Assembly: GCA_009914755.4 (NCBI GenBank)
Contig: CP068257.2
Coordinates: 30,080,001 to 30,144,000 of the forward strand
DNA from: the human T2T-CHM13v2.0 reference genome, Homo sapiens
Length of the DNA stretch: 64,000 bases
Reading direction: 5' to 3'
The notes beneath the pieces were generated by a model. It saw only the letters and a program-made list of their open reading frames with translations, had not been told where the DNA came from and did not search any database. Within the stretch, counting starts at the first letter, position 1. The number at the start of each line of letters is the position of its first letter. The position numbers were made by a program, and so were the translations under genes. Of the stretch, positions 32,471 through 49,567 are shown one piece after another.

Positions 32471-33055
32471 ATTTTTAAAGCTCCTCAGGTGATTCCAATG
32501 TGAAGCCAAGGTTAAGAAGTACCGTCTTAGGGGCTGAGGAGTCCTAGGCTGGTCCCGCTGGGTTTGTGGTTTTGTGGTTTTGTGTTTTCAACGCATTTCC
32601 TTCAGGACAGTATGTTTATAGTCTGTTTGCTTCTGAATAATTTCATGTGTAAGTAACCACATCCAAGGGCTTTGTGGAGAAATGGCCTTTAAGCCTAAGA
32701 ACTCTTGGCTCCAAGCTGCTGATCATTGTGCCCTGTCCCGTCCCCTCTCCCATAGGTTCAGTGGCTATTGCATGAGATAATTTGATAGAAAAGAGTTACA
32801 TGGGGAACACTGCCCTTAGTCACCTCTTTGGTGTCTAAGTGCCCAAACTCCCCTGCTTAGACAGTCACTTTCCTGCGTCCCCTTGTATTAGCTTCAACTG
32901 AAGTAGAGGAAAAATTGCCTTTATTAACCCTGCCAGGCTTAAAATTATGGGACTCTCTGTTAAATTGGATTGGAGAAGAACTTCACATTTAGTAAAACTG
33001 ATTTTCCCCCCACTCACCTCTCAAACCAGGTGTCTCTAAGTTAAGATCTCCTCTT

Positions 33056-33464
<409 letters not shown>

Positions 33465-33825
33465 TCAAGAAGTGAGCAGTCCAGAGCTGGTGAGGTGATT
33501 CTGCCATCCCCAACATGTGAACTCCAGGGTGACTTTGCCATTTGTCATGATTTTCTAGCCACAGGATGGAGAAAGAGGAAGTAGAAGGCCTGCAGTTTCC
33601 ATTTTAGGATGTTACATACTTCATGTTCACTCATATCCCATTGGTCAGAGCTTGGTCACAGGGCCATGCAAGGTGCAGGGGAGGCTGGGAAAGGTATTTT
33701 TGGACCGGATGACCATGTATCTTGCTGAATCTCAGAAAACTTCTATTATTAAAGGTACTAAAGTCTGAATGGATATGGGAGGAAAATCATTAATCTTCAC
33801 CATGGCTGTCTTTTGCCAAGAGCCC

Positions 33826-34186
33826 AATAAGGTTTGGCTGTGTCCCCACCCAAATCTCATCTTGAATTGTAGCTCCTATAATTCCCACGTACTGTGGAAG
33901 GGACCTGGTGGGAGATAATTGGATCCTGGGGGCAGGTCTTTCCCGTGCTATTCTTGTGATAGTGAATAAGTCTCACAAGATTTGATAGTTTTGTAAAGGG
34001 GAGTTTCCCTGCACAAGCTCTCTTCTCTTGTCTGCTGCCATGTGAGATGTGCCTTTCACCTTCTGCCATGATTGTGAGGCCTCCTTAGCTACGTAGAACT
34101 GTGAGTCCATTAAACCTCTTTCTCTTGTAAATTGCCCAGTCTCGGGTATGTCTTTATCAGCAGTATGAAAACAGACTAATACAGAG
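33826..34186 (+). mobile_element. MaLR LTR (THE1/MST-type), apparently solo
   Basis: 'aaggtttggctgtgtccccacccaaatctcatcttgaattgtagctcctataattcccacgtactgtggaagggacc..ccattaaacctctttctcttgtaaattgcccagtctcgggtatgtctttatcagcagtatgaaaacagactaatacag' matches the THE1 LTR consensus end to end. Confidence 0.8.
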
Positions 34187-34663
34187 CTATAACAATGAAT
34201 AAAAAAATCAACATTCTGAAATTTCATACCATTCCTCCCAATAGCACAGCATGTAGAGTTGGCCACATTTTACCTAAATCTTTTGCCATCACCAAATTAC
34301 TGACCTGGAATAATTTAATCTTACTGCCTTCTATCCTACCTCTTCTGCTCAGCCAATTAATATTTTAGAGTCTATTTCTCATAGCAAACCACTTCAAAAC
34401 ATAAAATTCTGTCTCAAGTAGGAATGCTTATGGCTGCAAGTAATGACAACCTGATCAATAGCTTAAAAAGGGGTTTATTTTTCTCATTACATAAAAAGTC
34501 TAGAGTAGGTGGTTTCTGGCATTGGTTCCAATGCTGCAGCCGAGGACTAAGACTCTTTCTTTCATTCTGCTTGACTTTTCTTAACATGTTGGCTTTTTGA
34601 CTTCTTCTTTGTTATTTTGTGCTTGCAAGATGATTGCTATGGTTCCAGCCATCACATCTATTT

Positions 34664-34974
<311 letters not shown>

Positions 34975-35048
34975 CATCGTATCTATTTCAAAGTGTGAAT
35001 CAGGAGAGAGGGTGGTATCTGCTGCGTCTGCTCCTTACTTACGTAAAG

Positions 35049-35127
35049 AAAGGAGGTTATTCCACCAAGATCATGCCATTGCATTGCAGCCTGGGCAACA
35101 GAGCGAGACTCTGTCTCAAAAAAACTA
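35049..35127 (+). mobile_element. 3'-terminal Alu fragment
   Basis: 'caagatcatgccattgcattgcagcctgggcaacagagcgagactctgtctcaaaaaaa'. Confidence 0.7.
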
Positions 35128-36764
35128 AACTAAACTAAAATAATAAAAATTTAAAAATTAGAAAAGAGGCTATTCCAGAAATGTCTCCCCACAGGTCTCC
35201 TTACCTCCTTATTGACCAGAAATGAGCCATGTGCTCATTCCTAAACCAATGGAAAGAAGAAAGGGATTGGATGAACACCAGTCAGGATTCATCTGCTAGG
35301 GCTAGAATATGAGCAACTTTCCTTTAGAACAAGGGATCTTTGCCTTCTATCTGAACAAGTAAGTTCTATTAGCAAGGGAGAACAGGGAAGAAGGAAGCTA
35401 AGGTATGGCTAATGAGTGAGAACAAAGACTAACGGCCACACAGACAGGACACTGTGAGTGTGAGTGTGGGCTGTGTGATTGTGTAAGCACGCAGGAAGTA
35501 TGGAAGGATGTATACTTGGTTGTCAGCACATGCCACATCACAGTGGGAAAGGGGGCATGGATACAGGTGAAGGTGGGAGGGGAAGCAAACAAAACTGAAA
35601 AGAAAAAGTGGCCTAAAAATATGGCGATCACGTTTATGCATTTATGTCCAATTGTGTACTTATGTGAATATCTAAATAAATTTGAAAAATGTTTAAAATA
35701 ATCCTGATCCCATCCTAAATACAGGTAGTTTTTTGCATTATGTCAGCACCCTGGCTGAGCCCCTGCATTCAAGCAAAAAAACTAAATCAATGAATGATGA
35801 GTACATGAATAAATGAATAAGTCCATAGCAGCCACAGTAGATATCCCATTGTCCACGGATTAAGATCGTTCATGCCACCAGCTAGAGGGACAGCCACTCT
35901 GCACTCACTCCCTAGCATAGTTATCTAGTGCAATTCTAACATCTTGAATCTTCTTCTTTTTGTTTTAAAGTCCCAGCATATGAAAAGTAGAAAAATAGTT
36001 AAGGAGGCTACTAGAGATAGGGAAACTGACAGCAACTAGAGGTAACAGCTGACATGTTGACAGTGAAGAAGACAGCCATCTATAGGAAGCAGACACAAGA
36101 ACACACAAAGAACATACACAAGAACACACACGATCTATAGACAGCAATCTATAGGAAGCAGACGAAAGAACACACAAAGACAACACTGTCAGGCCATTTT
36201 GTTTAGGAGGAACTTGTTCCAGGCACCTCCATAACCCCCGGTGGCACTGGTTTTACAGCAAGTCACAACAAGGCTGCTATACACATCAGGCCCCAGTGAA
36301 TGAGGAATGGGAGAGTATGCGCCACATTCTCTGTTTAAGAAGGCAAGGCGGTGTGTGATAGAACAGAGGACAAGGGCTATGCCCAGTTCATCCTTGTGAC
36401 TTTCAAGGCACAACTTTCAGCTCTCAGCTGGATGCCACATCTGGACTCCGCAGCCTTCTCAAGCTCAGCACATTTTAAACTCTTCCTGCGTCATTTCCAA
36501 CTGAGGTGCCAAGTTGTCATTGGCTACCAAAGCTATAGGCAAATCCATGTATTGAGATTTTCAAGGGCAATGTCTGAAAAAGTGTTTCTCAGCAATTCCT
36601 CATCCTTCCCTACTTGGAGATAATAAACATGATCAGGGTGCAGAGAGAGAGAATTTGGGATAAGGAGATTGGTAGTGAGAGTTTTGGGGGAAAGGAGTTG
36701 ACCGTTTCAGGCTTCTAACCCCCCTCTATTTGGGGTGAGAGGCCAGCAAGCTTTTGTCCTGTGA

Positions 36765-37160
<396 letters not shown>

Positions 37161-37634
37161 TCTCGCTGTTTTCAAGTATCAGTGGGAAGCTTGTGACAGA
37201 GGCTGAAGCCCATAAAGCCTAAAATATTTGCTGCCTGGCTCTTTCCAGAAAAAGTTTGCCATCCCTGATTGTAACCTCATGCCTCATGAGGAAGACCACA
37301 GGGGTCCCCAGGAGAGTTTTAAGATATGTCCCTGCTAGGTGGGCAACATAAAGGATGAGTACCTAGACTGTATCTAAGGCGGCCATGGGCTAGGCTCTGA
37401 CTCTCCCAAGGGGGAGAGAAGGGTGAAGACCTGCTTTGGTGGCATACCCCGTGCTATGACACTGGGATAGGAGGTGACGCTGAGTGTTTCCCAAGGACCA
37501 CACTCAGGATTGAGTGGGAGAGAGAGCAGCCACCTGGAGACCTCAGCAGATAGAGGCTGGAGTGGATCAACTCCTGCCCAGGGATTAAAGACATCACAAG
37601 AGACCACCCAGAATAGGTGCATTCTTTGCAGTCA

Positions 37635-38770
<1,136 letters not shown>

Positions 38771-38771
38771 C

Positions 38772-38906
38772 AATTTTTTCTTTTTTTGTAGAGACAGGGT
38801 CTTTCTGTGTTGTCCAGGCTTGGTCTCAAACTCCTGGCCTCAAGAGATCCTCCAGCCTCAGTCTCCTGAAGTGATGGGATTATAGGCATGAACCACCACA
38901 CCCAAC
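38772..38906 (-). mobile_element. older Alu, part 2 (left arm)
   Basis: 'gtagagacagggtctttctgtgttgtccaggcttggtctcaaactcctggcctcaagagatcc..gggattataggcatgaaccaccacacccaacc' continues the interrupted element. Confidence 0.8.
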
Positions 38907-39358
38907 CCATTCTAACATTCTAACTACTAAATTGAAACTGTTTGTGACCTAATATGACTCATCTGTTCCAAGGAATGAGTGGAAAAGGTTTGGGACCTGC
39001 CAGAGTTTCCCAGCTCATGAGAAGGCCACCTCCACTAGGGAGAGCTTAGGGGGATGATAGGAACACACTGAAGTAAGGTTTGGTTTCTGGCATGACTCAT
39101 GCTTGTTCAACATGCTGGATCCAATAACATATAGAATGAGTGTCCCTAATCCCCAAATCCAAAATATGAAATGCTCCAAAATGTACTAGTTTTTGAGAAC
39201 TGATGTGACATCACAAGTGCAAAATTTCTCATTTGACCTCATGTGAAGGGGTGGCAGGCAAAACACAGTCGAAACTCTGTTTCATGCACAAAATTGTTTA
39301 AAATATTGTATAAAATTTCCTTCAGGCTGCGTGCATAAGGTGTATATGAAACATAAAT

Positions 39359-39700
39359 GGCCAGGGGTGGTGGCTCACGCCTATAATCCCAGCACTTTAG
39401 GAGGCCGAGGTGGGTGGGTCACCTGAGGTCAGGAGTTTGAGACCAGCCTGGCCAACATGGCAAAACTCCGTCTCTACTAAAAATGCAAAAATTCGCCAGG
39501 CGTGGTGGCACATGCCTGTAATCCCAGCTACTTGAGAGGCTGAGGCACAAGAATCGCTTGAACCCAGGATGGGGAGGTTGTAGTGAGCCGAGATTGCGCC
39601 ACTGCACTCCAGAGTGCACTGCAACAGAGTGAGACTCTGTCTCAAAAAAAAAAAAAAAAAAGCAAACAAACAAACAAAAAACCGTAAATGAAACAAACAA
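39359..39700 (+). mobile_element. Alu SINE with duplicated 3' tail
   Basis: 'ggccaggggtggtggctcacgcctataatcccagcactttaggaggccgagg..'; the tail carries 'acaaacaaaaaaccgtaaatgaa' twice. Confidence 0.9.
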
Positions 39701-39977
39701 AAAACCGTAAATGAATTTTGTGTTTAGACTTGAGTTTCAACCCCAAGGTATGTATGTGCAAATATTCCAAAAAGTGAAAACATCTGAAATCTGAGACATT
39801 TCTGGTCCCAGGTATTTCACACAAGAGATATTCAACCTGTATTATTAAGCACATGCTGGACATCATGCTAAGCCCTTTTCATGCATTACACATGAAACCT
39901 CCCAACCAGCCTCTACTGTTAAGCCAATTTCACAGAAGAGGAACCGAAGCAAAGGAAAGATAGGCTATGGTCTAGAG

Positions 39978-40215
39978 GAAGCTTGTCCAACGCACAGCCT
40001 GTAGGCTGCATGTGGCCCAGGACAGCTTTGAATGCAGCCCAACACAAATTTGCAAACTTTCTTAAAACATTATGAGTTTTTTGTTTGTTTTTTGTTCCTG
40101 TTTTAGCTCATTAGCTATCATTAGTGTTAGCGTGTTTTATGTGTGGCCCAAGACATTCTTCTTCCCATGTAGCCCAGGGGAACCAAAAGATTGGACAACC
40201 TTGGTCTAGAGCCTC
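39978..40215 (+). mobile_element. MITE-like nonautonomous DNA-transposon copy (TIR '..cttgtccaa / ttggaca..'); family name not assigned
   Basis: 'gaagcttgtccaacgcacagcctgtaggctgcatgtggcccaggacagctttgaatgcagcccaacacaaatt..cttaaaacattatgag..agctcattagctatcattagtgttagcgtgttttatgtgtggcccaagacattcttc..aaaagattggacaacc'; termini are inverted repeats; a second copy lies at 41668-41893. Confidence 0.7.
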
Positions 40216-41667
40216 ATTATTAAGTGGTGGAGATGAGATTCGAACCCAGGCAACCCAGGACCAGCCTGAGTTCTCAATCGCTATGTCATGCTGACTGGAA
40301 GCACAGCAACCCAAGCCTTGGTTCTCAAAAGGTTTGTTATTGGCTGAGAGGTCTTGACTTCCCCTAGAATCCCAGGGTTGCTGACTTTGTTTCTCCCGTC
40401 AGAGCCTGCCACAGACTCCTTATTGGATCCGAGTTGGCCAGAGACCCTTCAGACCTCATTGAATCAGCTGGGTCACAAGTGCCAAGTTGCTCGCAGTGCA
40501 GCCTGGACCGGCTCTGGAACTTCTCATTGTCAAAGCTAAGAGTCAATTGAGTCACCCACTGAGTCAGATGGCATACTCAAATGTATTGCACAAGTCTAAA
40601 ATCCTGTGTAGGCCCACAAACATTGCACCTGAGTCCTAGTGATAGGGCATACCAGGCACAGCAACTTGCTTTTCATTTTGGAGAAAGAGCCCTAGTCCCC
40701 CAGATCATTGAACACCTTCCCCCACCTCTGCTCCAAATCCACTGTCCCAAATCTTCTGTAGCTTTGGGAGATTTCTCTTCTACCCATTGTTGTGAATTTT
40801 TTTACCCAGGCATCCTTGGTGTCTGCTACTTCAGCTCCCTAGATTCTATCAACTTGATGTCCCTTGAGATGGTTCAGGTTCCCACAGACCAAACTTAAGC
40901 CCAGCACCAGAGAGGTAACAATACTGAGGTAAGTAAGGAAAAGATGTACTATTGTCCTTGCCAGGTACAACAAACAAATGAACGAACAAATGAATGAACA
41001 ACTAACCTGCTTCTGCTTCTAGTGTGTGTCATAATAGAGAAATATTTGGCAAATCCACGGATGCATACCAAGTGCCAGAGTCTCTGTATATCTGTTTTGG
41101 TCAAATGAAGCCACCTGGAACAGCACATGTAACTGATTAAGTTTATGATAATGCACTGTCATTCCCCAAGCCCCATCTGGTTTTCTTCACTAGTCAAACT
41201 AGAGAGTTAAAAGGGAATGTGATAGCAATCATCACCTCTGGATCTTTCATGTCTATTAATCTCTGAAATTCTCCGAGGGATATGGTATCACTTGTGATGT
41301 GCCATTTTGTACATGAAGAGCCCTTTGAGTTTACACTTGGCCATTTGAGCCAATGTGGGGATTTGCTATTGGTACATGTATATGTTCCACTTATACCCCT
41401 ATGAGCCAGGGAAATAAAGACAGATTTGGGGACTCTTTGGGCCTAGTGACAAACTTAAAACTTAGTTTCTTACCTAACTCACCATAAATCCCTTCTCTGA
41501 CTGGTGGGCAACAGTGGTATTCCAGGTCCATAGGAATTAGCATTAGTAATGGATGCAGTTTTCAATAATCCTTCAAAGATCTAGGTTTTCTGTTTCTCTA
41601 GTACACATTTGCCTTGATTAATGGTGGCAGTGATTTTGGGGGCAGATGAGGATGAAGATTTACAGCA

Positions 41668-41893
41668 GAGATGTCCAATCTTTTGACTTCCTTGGGTCAC
41701 GTTGGAAGAAGAAGAATTGTCTTGGGCCATGCATAAAATACACTTAACACTAACAATAGCTGATGAGCTAAAAAAAAAAAAAACATATATATATATATAT
41801 ATATCATAATGTTTTAAGAAAGTTTAAGAATTTGTGTTGGGCAGCATTCAAGGCCAACCTGGGCCACATGGGGCCCACTGGTCTCAGGTTGCA
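41668..41893 (-). mobile_element. second copy of the same MITE-like element, inverted
   Basis: reverse complement aligns along the whole length with 39978-40215 ('cagagatgtccaatcttttgacttccttgggtcacgttggaagaagaagaattgtcttgggccatgcataaaatacacttaacactaacaatagctgatgagct..'); has an internal (A)14 and (AT)11. Confidence 0.7.
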
Positions 41894-42914
41894 AAGGCTT
41901 AATTTAGAGTATGTATCTGTGATCTTATTGTAACATTCTTCATCAAGAATACCTGGTCTGTTTTCATTCAAGAGCCTCTGGGTCTGTGATACAATTCAGG
42001 TCTTGAATTGAGAATGTCTATCCCAGAGGCTCGATCCATGCCTCTTGTTAATCAGGTCTGAGTGGGCTCCTTAATGCTCTTGGTCCTAGAAATTCCTTGG
42101 TCAATTAGCATGGTGAAAGACCCCTGCTAGGCAGAGCAGTTGGATTCTATTCTGGCCCTACTTCCTTGTGCACTAGGGGGTGGTTTGGGGATAGGCTGGG
42201 GAAATAAATACTGATTTGTATTTGCTATCTGGAGGTGGTTTGGGGATGGTGGTGGTTTCTAGTTAGCCAAGTGTAGGTCACTTATCCATAGCCTTGCAAC
42301 AGAAGAGCCTGGGGAGTTGTGAAACAGGGATTTTCAGTTTCAACTGCCGGAAATAGTCTGCCTTTCAGCAGAATTTATAATCTGGGGAAATAAATTCAGA
42401 TTTTCATTGTAAACATAGGAAGAAGGTTCAGAGGTTGCTCAGCCAAAAATGATGACAAATGCTTTTCCACAATTCATCTCACCTTCTTCTGTCATTTAAC
42501 AACTGTAAGGTTTAGAAGATTAATCTCAGCTTCAAACGTAGTTCATGTTTTATTCAAACCAAGTTGAATAATGCAATTCTCTTTGCCAGTGACTTATTCA
42601 GAAAATCAGACCTAAGCTAGTTAGGCACATGGCATGCCTCTGACCTCGGGGGTTGGTTCAGGAGCTCAGGAGTAGGCATCTGACACACTTTGGTCTAATG
42701 AGATGCAAGATGACATGTTCTGGGAGATTCTGGGGAAAAGTTTCTCATGTTCCAGAGAGCCAGAGAAAGACAATAGTATCTTCTGTACTTGATCCCTGCA
42801 GGCATCTTGATAGCAACATGGAGCTCCTGCAGGACAGCGGGCAGAGCTAAGAGAATCCTAGAGGAACTGAGCTGGATCTGCTGGGGTTTATTTATGTATT
42901 ATTTTATTTTATTT

Positions 42915-43215
42915 TTTTAGAGACAGGGTCTCACTCTGCCCAGGCTGGAGTGTAGTGGAGCAATCGTAGCTCACTGCAGCCCCAAACTCCTGGGCTCAAG
43001 CGACCCTCTGGCCTCAGTCCTTTCCGCCTCAGCCTCCGGAGGAAATGAGAGTAATGGCGCATGCCATCACACTCTGCTAATTTTTTTATTTTTAAATTTT
43101 TTGTAGAGGTAAGTTCTCGCTTTACTGCCCAGGTTGGTCTCAAACTCCTAAGCTATCCTCCTGCCTTGGCTTCCCAAAGTGAGGGGATTTACAGGCATGA
43201 GCCACCCCACCCAGA
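42915..43215 (-). mobile_element. old, diverged Alu (AluJ/FAM-like)
   Basis: 'agagacagggtctcactctgcccaggctggagtgtagtggagcaatc..cccaaagtgaggggatttacaggcatgagccaccccacccag'. Confidence 0.8.
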
Positions 43216-43587
43216 CTGGATCTTCTGGTTTAAACCAACCCTGAAGCCTTCCTTCAAGACTCACTAGATTTACTTCTACACATTTCCTCATTGTTTAAGC
43301 CAGTTTGAGTTGGATTTTCTGGTATTTGTGATCGAAAGCATCCTAATTTGATTCCATATAAAATCGTCTGTGTTTACAGCTCCTAGTGGCATCTTCCAGA
43401 ACTGGTATTCCTTTATAATAATCACTACTGTCCTGACAGATGGGAGTGGCTGGAATCTGGACTAAAATGGCAATATAACAAATGTAAATTTTGATATGAA
43501 AGGAAATAAATATCGATTAAATGAAATAACGATTAAAATGTATAGTTTGTATAATAAAAGAAATAAGTTTTAGTTACCCAAATTTTT

Positions 43588-43890
43588 CTTTTTCTTTTTC
43601 TTTTTTTGAGATAGAGTCTTACTCTGTCACCCAGGCTGGAGTGCAGTGGCTCGATCTTGGCTCACTACAACCTCCCACCTCCTGGGTTCAAGAGATTCTC
43701 CTGCCTCAGCCTCCTGAGTAGCTGGGATTACAAGCGCCCGCCATCACGCCCGGCAAATTTTTGTATTTTTAGTAGAGATGGGGTTTCACCATGTTGACCA
43801 GCCTGGTCTCGAACTCCTGACCTCAGGTAATCTGCCCACCTTGGCATCCCAAAGTGCTGGGATTACAGGCATGAACCACTGCTTCCGGCC
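43588..43890 (-). mobile_element. Alu SINE
   Basis: TSD 'cccaaattttt(c/t)' at 43577-43588 and 43891-43902. Confidence 0.9.
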
Positions 43891-44271
43891 CCCAAATTTT
43901 TTAACATACGGACCATTCAATTCCATATAATACAAATAAATGAGGCACCATTAAGTGTTTAGAAAATACTTATACAAGTAAAATTATAAGCCTATTTTCG
44001 TCTCTCTCCACCCTTCCCCTCCCATTGAGCTGCTTCGTTATTCTGAGGCATTGCAAGTCAGGGGAGCTGGTTTGTGATATGTCCTTAGGCAGGTGAATCT
44101 GCTTTTCTCAATCTTAGGCTTCTAGTCTGCAAAACAATTTCTGTTAGTATCAGATTAGTTCATATGTGTGAAAAATCATCATAAAGGCCAGTGCAGAGAA
44201 GAGGCAGGTATTATTCTGGGTTCTGGAGGGATGAGATAGTCACACTGATCATTAATGAATTTTAGTTCTCA

Positions 44272-44645
<374 letters not shown>

Positions 44646-44934
44646 AATTGGTGTATATCTTCATCTCCCATGGCATCATAATTAGTATTCCACATATATT
44701 TGATAGACAACTGAGTATTAATAACTAACAGTTTATGAGAGTGAGCAGAAGTAACAGAGTACTTTCAAATACGTAATCACATTTGAGATATGCAGGAACT
44801 CTGTAGTTGGGAAAGAGGGCAGTGTTATGATCACAACTTTGTGTCTCAATTTGTATGGCTAGTTCGTGTTAGAAGCAGAATTTTAATCCTGTCTTCTGAT
44901 AATATTTCTATGAGAGTCTAATTTCACATTTGTG

Positions 44935-45125
44935 TTTTTCCCTGACTACTAGCTTTGTGACCTTGGACAAGTTACTTAGCCTCTTCATGCCTTGGTTTTC
45001 TTATCTGTAAAATGGGGATAATAATAGCATAGGGTTTTTTGAGAATTAAATGAGCAAAGAGTTTGGACTAGAACTTTGCACTTAGTAAGCACTATGAAAG
45101 TGTTTTTAAATAATATATAAATATT
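44935..45125 (+). mobile_element. MIR SINE
   Basis: 'actagctttgtgaccttggacaagttacttagcctcttcatgccttggttttcttatctgtaaaatggggataataatagcatagggtttttgagaattaaatgag..cacttagtaagcac' is close to the MIR consensus core and 3' half. Confidence 0.75.
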
Positions 45126-45209
45126 TGAGAATTAAATGAGCAGTGTTTGGACTAGAACTTTGCACTTAGTAAGCACCACGAAAGTGTTTTTAAATAATAT
45201 ATAAATATT
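45040..45209. repeat. tandem duplication (2 x about 85 bp) of the MIR 3' half
   Basis: 'tgagaattaaatgagca(aaga)gtttggactagaactttgcacttagtaagcac(ta/ca)(t/c)gaaagtgtttttaaataatatataaatatt' appears twice, differing at 3 substitutions and one 2-bp indel. Confidence 0.9.
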
Positions 45210-45544
45210 TTTTTCTTCCCCTGCTACTACATCATCACCATGGTTAATTCCCATCTTCAAGTATTTCTCCTCAAATACTTGTGTCATCTTGATCTAGTTG
45301 GTTTTTGCCTACTATGCATGAAATAATGTTTTACATTACAGTGTGTTGTTACTTTTCACACAGGGATTTAGATCAGGGTTGGCAGAATTATGGCCAAATC
45401 CAGCCCACCATCTGCTTTCATAAATAAAGTTTTATTGGAACCCAGCCACTGCCATCATTTACATATTTTCATATGCTATGATTGGCAGAGTTGTGTAGTT
45501 ACAGCAAAGAACGTATGGCCTGCAAAGCCTAAAATATTATCTAG

Positions 45545-46193
<649 letters not shown>

Positions 46194-47487
46194 CTAAGAT
46201 ACATATTTTTTAGAGAAATACTTGGAGTTTTAAGGTCTTCAAGAGAAAAGAAATTGTACACTTAAAAAAATTCAAAGACAATAAATATTTCCTTTCTTGT
46301 TCCTACTGAATAACAAAGGACAAATATAGATGATTCCCTGCAAAACTATTCACTTACCTTACCTACATCACAGACAAGGGGCAATTAATATTATCATTAT
46401 TAATCTGTTACTATTATAACAATTGCAAATTGCTCTTGCCCAGCCCCATGCCTGCCAAGAAGCTTATGGATTTGCCTCTTTTAAAGAGGCTCATTTCCCT
46501 CCTCAAACATGACTTACAATTAGAGACTGTCCCTTGCGATCAAAGGAGTGATTTATTTCCCCCTGAGATCAGATCAAAGCCAGTTTTGGAGCGCTAGGTC
46601 TTGTGCTGTCGTCCCCCCACCAGCCCCCATCACCTCACAGATACTTCCTAGAGGAGAGCAGTTTCTTCTAAGTTTGATCCTGGGTTATACCAGGCAGATT
46701 TCTACATTGTCATGACTGCAAGTCACCCCCCTTAATCTTGGATATTTGTCTCCTAAGTTGATGAGAAATTCCAGGAGAAGAATTGGGATGGACCAGACCC
46801 AATCCATTATGATTTCTTCCCTGGGAAAACATTTCAGAGCACATGACAAGCCCCGCTGCGTAAACAGGACTAGATCAAATGCCTGGCATGGGACTGTATC
46901 ATTGTATATTTCTACTGTTCTGATGTTTTATGTTTTAAAGTGATCTATGACACAGTGGCTACCTCAGTTCTGTCCCATCTAGTTCTTGCAGTGGAATTGC
47001 TTTTTCTCAGGGCCTCTGCCTATACAGATCACTTTGAGCAATTTGTCTTTAAAGCTTCTTGAAATGATCCTAATATTCTCCTGTAATTCTCACTGCTCTA
47101 AGAATCTGTCTCCTCTAGACATAATTCCTATCATTTTATAATGCAATGATATTGCTTAATAAATCCTTAATGTATGTTACTATTCAGATTGACAGATTGT
47201 ATACTTATTATGTATGACATTTTCATTGACTTCTTTTGCGAAGTGACATTATTGCCATCCCAGCCTGGGAAAGATTTAATACCTGATTCTTCCTCCGTCC
47301 ATTTATCAGAGTCATTCAGAACTCCCTCCTTTTTCCCTCCCGCCTCAAAGTATAAATTAAAATATTTTTCTTTCAAACATATTTCCTTGGATATTTTTCT
47401 CTAGTAATCACTTTGTTAAAGAGATATTACTACCTAAAGGACAGTCACGTTCCCAGTCCCTGTCTGCATCCTGATTTATCGAGATAG

Positions 47488-47970
<483 letters not shown>

Positions 47971-48155
47971 CTTCAGACATGTTTTATTATAATCTTATAC
48001 AGCCTACTTGTATTTATTTGGGTTCAGTTATAACATAGCATAATAAGAATAAAATACCTGGGTGATGAAATAATAGGTACAAAAAAATCCCTGTGACATG
48101 TGTTTACTTATGTAACTAACCTTCACATGTATCCCAAACCTAAAATAAAAGTTAA

Positions 48156-48503
48156 GGCCGGGCGAGGTGGCTCACACCTGTAATCCCAGCACTTTGGGAG
48201 GCCGAGGCGGGCAGGATAACTTGAGGTCGGGAGTTCATGACCAACCTGGTCAACATGGTGAAAGCCTGTCTCTACTAAAAATATGGAAAAAATTAGCTAG
48301 GCATGGTAGTGCACACCTGTAATCCCGGCTACTCAGGAGGCTGAGGCAGGAAATATTGCTAGAACCCAGGAGGCGGAGGCTGCAGTGAGCCGAGATGGCG
48401 CCACTGCACTCCAGCTTGAGTGACAGAGAGAGACTCCATCTCAAAAACAAACAAACAAACAAATAAATAAATAAAATAAAAGTAAAAAACCAAAAAACAA
48501 AGC
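48156..48503 (+). mobile_element. Alu SINE
   Basis: 'ggccgggcgaggtggctcacacctgtaatcccagcactttgggaggccgaggcgggc..' with (caaa)n(taaa)n tail; TSD 'aaaataaaagt'. Confidence 0.9.
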
Positions 48504-49015
48504 ACTGGTCCTCTGAAATAAACCAGGCAAACACCATTCAATAAATACACTTGATTGATTTTGTATAGAAGGGCTAAGTTTACAACTAAACTTATATAAA
48601 AAGTTTAGCATGAATCAGTACATCATTACACCTTTTGAGGCAGAAATATACATCTTTGCCACTATACAAGAAAACTCTAAAGAGTTTACAAGGTTTCACT
48701 CAATAGATATATATTCATGTATAAATATATAAACAGCATTCAGCAGGCTTGTGTCGAAAAGGTAATTTCTGACCAAAAGACTTCATTTAAGTGACTGAAT
48801 CCTGGATCCTTCTGTTATTCATGCTCCGCTCTTGAAAAAAGGCAAAGTCTGCTCACGTTGTGCAATTCCTTGTGATTTTAACATTTTTGTTTTCATTCCC
48901 CATGGTGGGAATAGTGTATAAAGAAAACCTTCCAACTGCAGAAAGGGCATTTAAATGTCTCTTTCATAAATAACAAATATCACAGTCCAAGTCAGAGAAT
49001 ACCCTGCAAAGATGA

Positions 49016-49567
<552 letters not shown>

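Noticed and set aside
39690-39712. Duplicated 'acaaacaaaaaaccgtaaatgaa' after the Alu at 39359
   Set aside because: It looks like a small tail duplication or an extended TSD artefact of one Alu insertion. It is too short and degenerate to interpret further.
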